A stretch of 33,302 bases of DNA, from contig NC_068983.1 in the NCBI RefSeq assembly GCF_001194135.2, forward strand, positions 88,832,117-88,865,418, read 5' to 3'. Origin of the DNA: Octopus bimaculoides. Its lineage: Eukaryota. A model generated the notes under the pieces. The model saw only the letters and a program-made list of their open reading frames with translations, searched no databases and was not told the DNA's origin. A program made the position numbers and the translations under genes. Within the stretch, counting starts at the first letter, position 1. Each line of letters begins with the position of its first letter. Positions 31,773-33,302 of this stretch are shown here, piece after piece.

Positions 31773-31964
31773 CTACACCAGCAATCCAATGTCAACCCTT
31801 TGCCTTCTGTAACGTTTCAACAGTTCATTTCCCCGTTGCCGTCTCCCATTGCAGCCCACTTCCAGAATGGACCCATTTACGTACAATATTTCCATTACAC
31901 CTCCATTCATTTGACAGTCAACCATACGATGGATCATGTTAGATGCAGCGCTGACCACCTCTGA
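31773..31964 (+). CDS. Candidate host-gene exon, unknown Ser/Pro/Gln-rich peptide (possibly terminal exon)
   Basis: Follows a strong acceptor. Non-repetitive, GC-richer and CpG-retaining. Phase-0 frame LHQQSNVNPLPSVTFQQFISPLPSPIAAHFQNGP..SADHL*. AATAAA at 32221. No family recognised; a second frame is open to 31942. Confidence 0.4.
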   Translation, partial: LHQQSNVNPLPSVTFQQFISPLPSPIAAHFQNGPIYVQYFHYTSIHLTVNHTMDHVRCSADHL

Positions 31965-32359
31965 CAGCTTTTCAGTTGATTCAAAAATTACATACCTACC
32001 CCACTGCCAATTTTCCATGATAGGTTAGGGCATGGAATCCTCCAAACAGATGTATTACATGTCACTTAGTTGAATTAGATCATCACTTACTACACAAATG
32101 TTTTGTTGTCAATGCTGCACTTTCCCGTATCACCTGTTTCAACATTATTGTAATATATATATACATGCAAACTATACCATTTTAATCCTGAGCAACACCA
32201 GGTATCTCTGCTAGTGATTTAATAAATTAAATTATTTGTTTAAAAACTGCCTTCTGATATTCCATTATACATGCTTCTCAAAAGCACATTTACTTGACTT
32301 TTCCATGAACACTTTCATACCTTAAATTAGCAGCCACTCTCACTAAAAACTCGTTATTA

Positions 32360-32557
32360 TTATAGAGCACTGAATAAATTGCCTTGAAAATTTGTATTGG
32401 CACTTTATGTCTAGAGTTCAAGTCTCACCTAGGTCAACTTTACTTTTCATCTTTAGAGGGTCAATAAAATAAGGTAACAATTAAAAACTAGGGGCAATAT
32501 ATTCAATTAACCCTTCCCCAAATTTTCTGGCTTTGTACCAATGTTAGAAACAATTAT
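32360..32557 (+). mobile_element. SINE family B, diverged
   Basis: GAGTTCAAGTCTCACCTAGGTCAACTTTACTTTTCATCTTTAGAGGGTCAATAAAATAAG and tail CTTTGTACCAATGTTAGAAACAATT. Confidence 0.75.
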
Positions 32558-32716
32558 TAATATTACCACTACTACTACTATTAGCAGTACCTGTGAAAAT
32601 TCCATAGTTATTTGGAAAATTGTATGATGAAGATGTATGTTTTTCTGAAACATCTAACTCTTGGGAAGATGTAAAAATCCACATAGGCAGTATTGAAGGG
32701 GCAATAAATTAATTAG

Positions 32717-32727
32717 TCTATCTATTC

Positions 32728-32775
<48 letters not shown>

Positions 32776-32784
32776 GTCTATCTA

Positions 32785-32843
<59 letters not shown>

Positions 32844-32906
32844 GCCTGCCTGCCTGCCTACTTATTTATCTATCTGTCTGTCAGTCTATCTGTCTATTTA
32901 TCTATC
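32717..32906. repeat. (TCTA)n/(TCTG)n/(GCCT)n compound microsatellite
   Basis: Direct reading. Confidence 0.95.
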
Positions 32907-32957
32907 ATGTTCTACTTACATTTCTGTTGATGTATGTAACTGTCTACTCTAAAAATA

Positions 32958-33302
32958 TGGACAAACTAGAGTCAACCTAGCAAAAACCAAAATCCTAATA
33001 AGTAGGAAGGTAGATAAAACACAAACCCCTTCAGGTAGATGGCCCTGCTCAGTATGCAGTAAAGGAGTAGGTAGTAACTCTATAAGATGTACCCGGTGCA
33101 AGCTATGGACACATAAGAGGTGCAGCAATATCAAAGGCAGATTAACTACAAAGTTAGTTTTTGTATGTGGCAGATGTTCAGGTGCAATAAACACTGTAAA
33201 CAAACAGGAAACAACTTCCATCTCATTCCAGGGAGAAAAATTAGAGGTAGTCGATAGCTTCCGCTATCTGGGTGACCAAGTTAGTAGTGGGGGTGGGTGC
33301 GC
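32958..33302 (+). mobile_element. RTE LINE fragment running off the window end
   Basis: LRVNLAKTKILISRK..SGRWPCSVCSKGVGSNSIRCTRCKLWTHKRCSNIKGRLTTKLVFVCGRCSG..EKLEVVDSFRYLGDQ; near-identical to the 10420-11058 peptide. Confidence 0.93.

Noticed and set aside
31773-32018. Minus-strand 81-aa ORF
   Set aside because: It is the antisense shadow of the + strand candidate exon, has no supporting splice structure and no recognisable homology.
1-33302. CRISPR arrays, rRNA, functional tRNA genes, prokaryotic operons
   Set aside because: No regularly spaced repeat-spacer structure, no rRNA motifs, and all tRNA-like segments are SINE or PLE heads without cloverleaf pairing. The sequence is eukaryotic.

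Overview
AT-rich, repeat-dense eukaryotic DNA from a gapped draft assembly (N runs at 2285-2294, 5139-5148, 7850-8461, 14004-14013, 26311-26415, 31048-31108). The mix of RTE LINEs with (GAT)n tails, tRNA-derived SINEs, Penelope-like elements (PLEs), Tc1/mariner relics and dense (TA)n/(CA)n microsatellites suggests an octopus genome; this is an inference from recalled repeat families, not a database match. No intact protein-coding gene is visible. Most ORFs in the track are decayed transposon frames, their antisense shadows, or microsatellite and gap artefacts. The only host-gene signal is a weak set of + strand splice sites and a short exon near 31.7-32.0 kb. The most interesting content is structured RNA. 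One hammerhead ribozyme has a fully intact catalytic core (26569-26669, minus strand). Two more are near-intact and three are decayed. One PLE 3' UTR carries a tRNA-like module just upstream of its hammerhead. RTE reverse transcriptases carry a C4HC3 PHD-type finger inside the RT. An unexplained cluster of hairpins lies at 28.36-28.65 kb. Element boundaries were read by eye and are approximate (about 10-30 bp) unless given to the base in the evidence.
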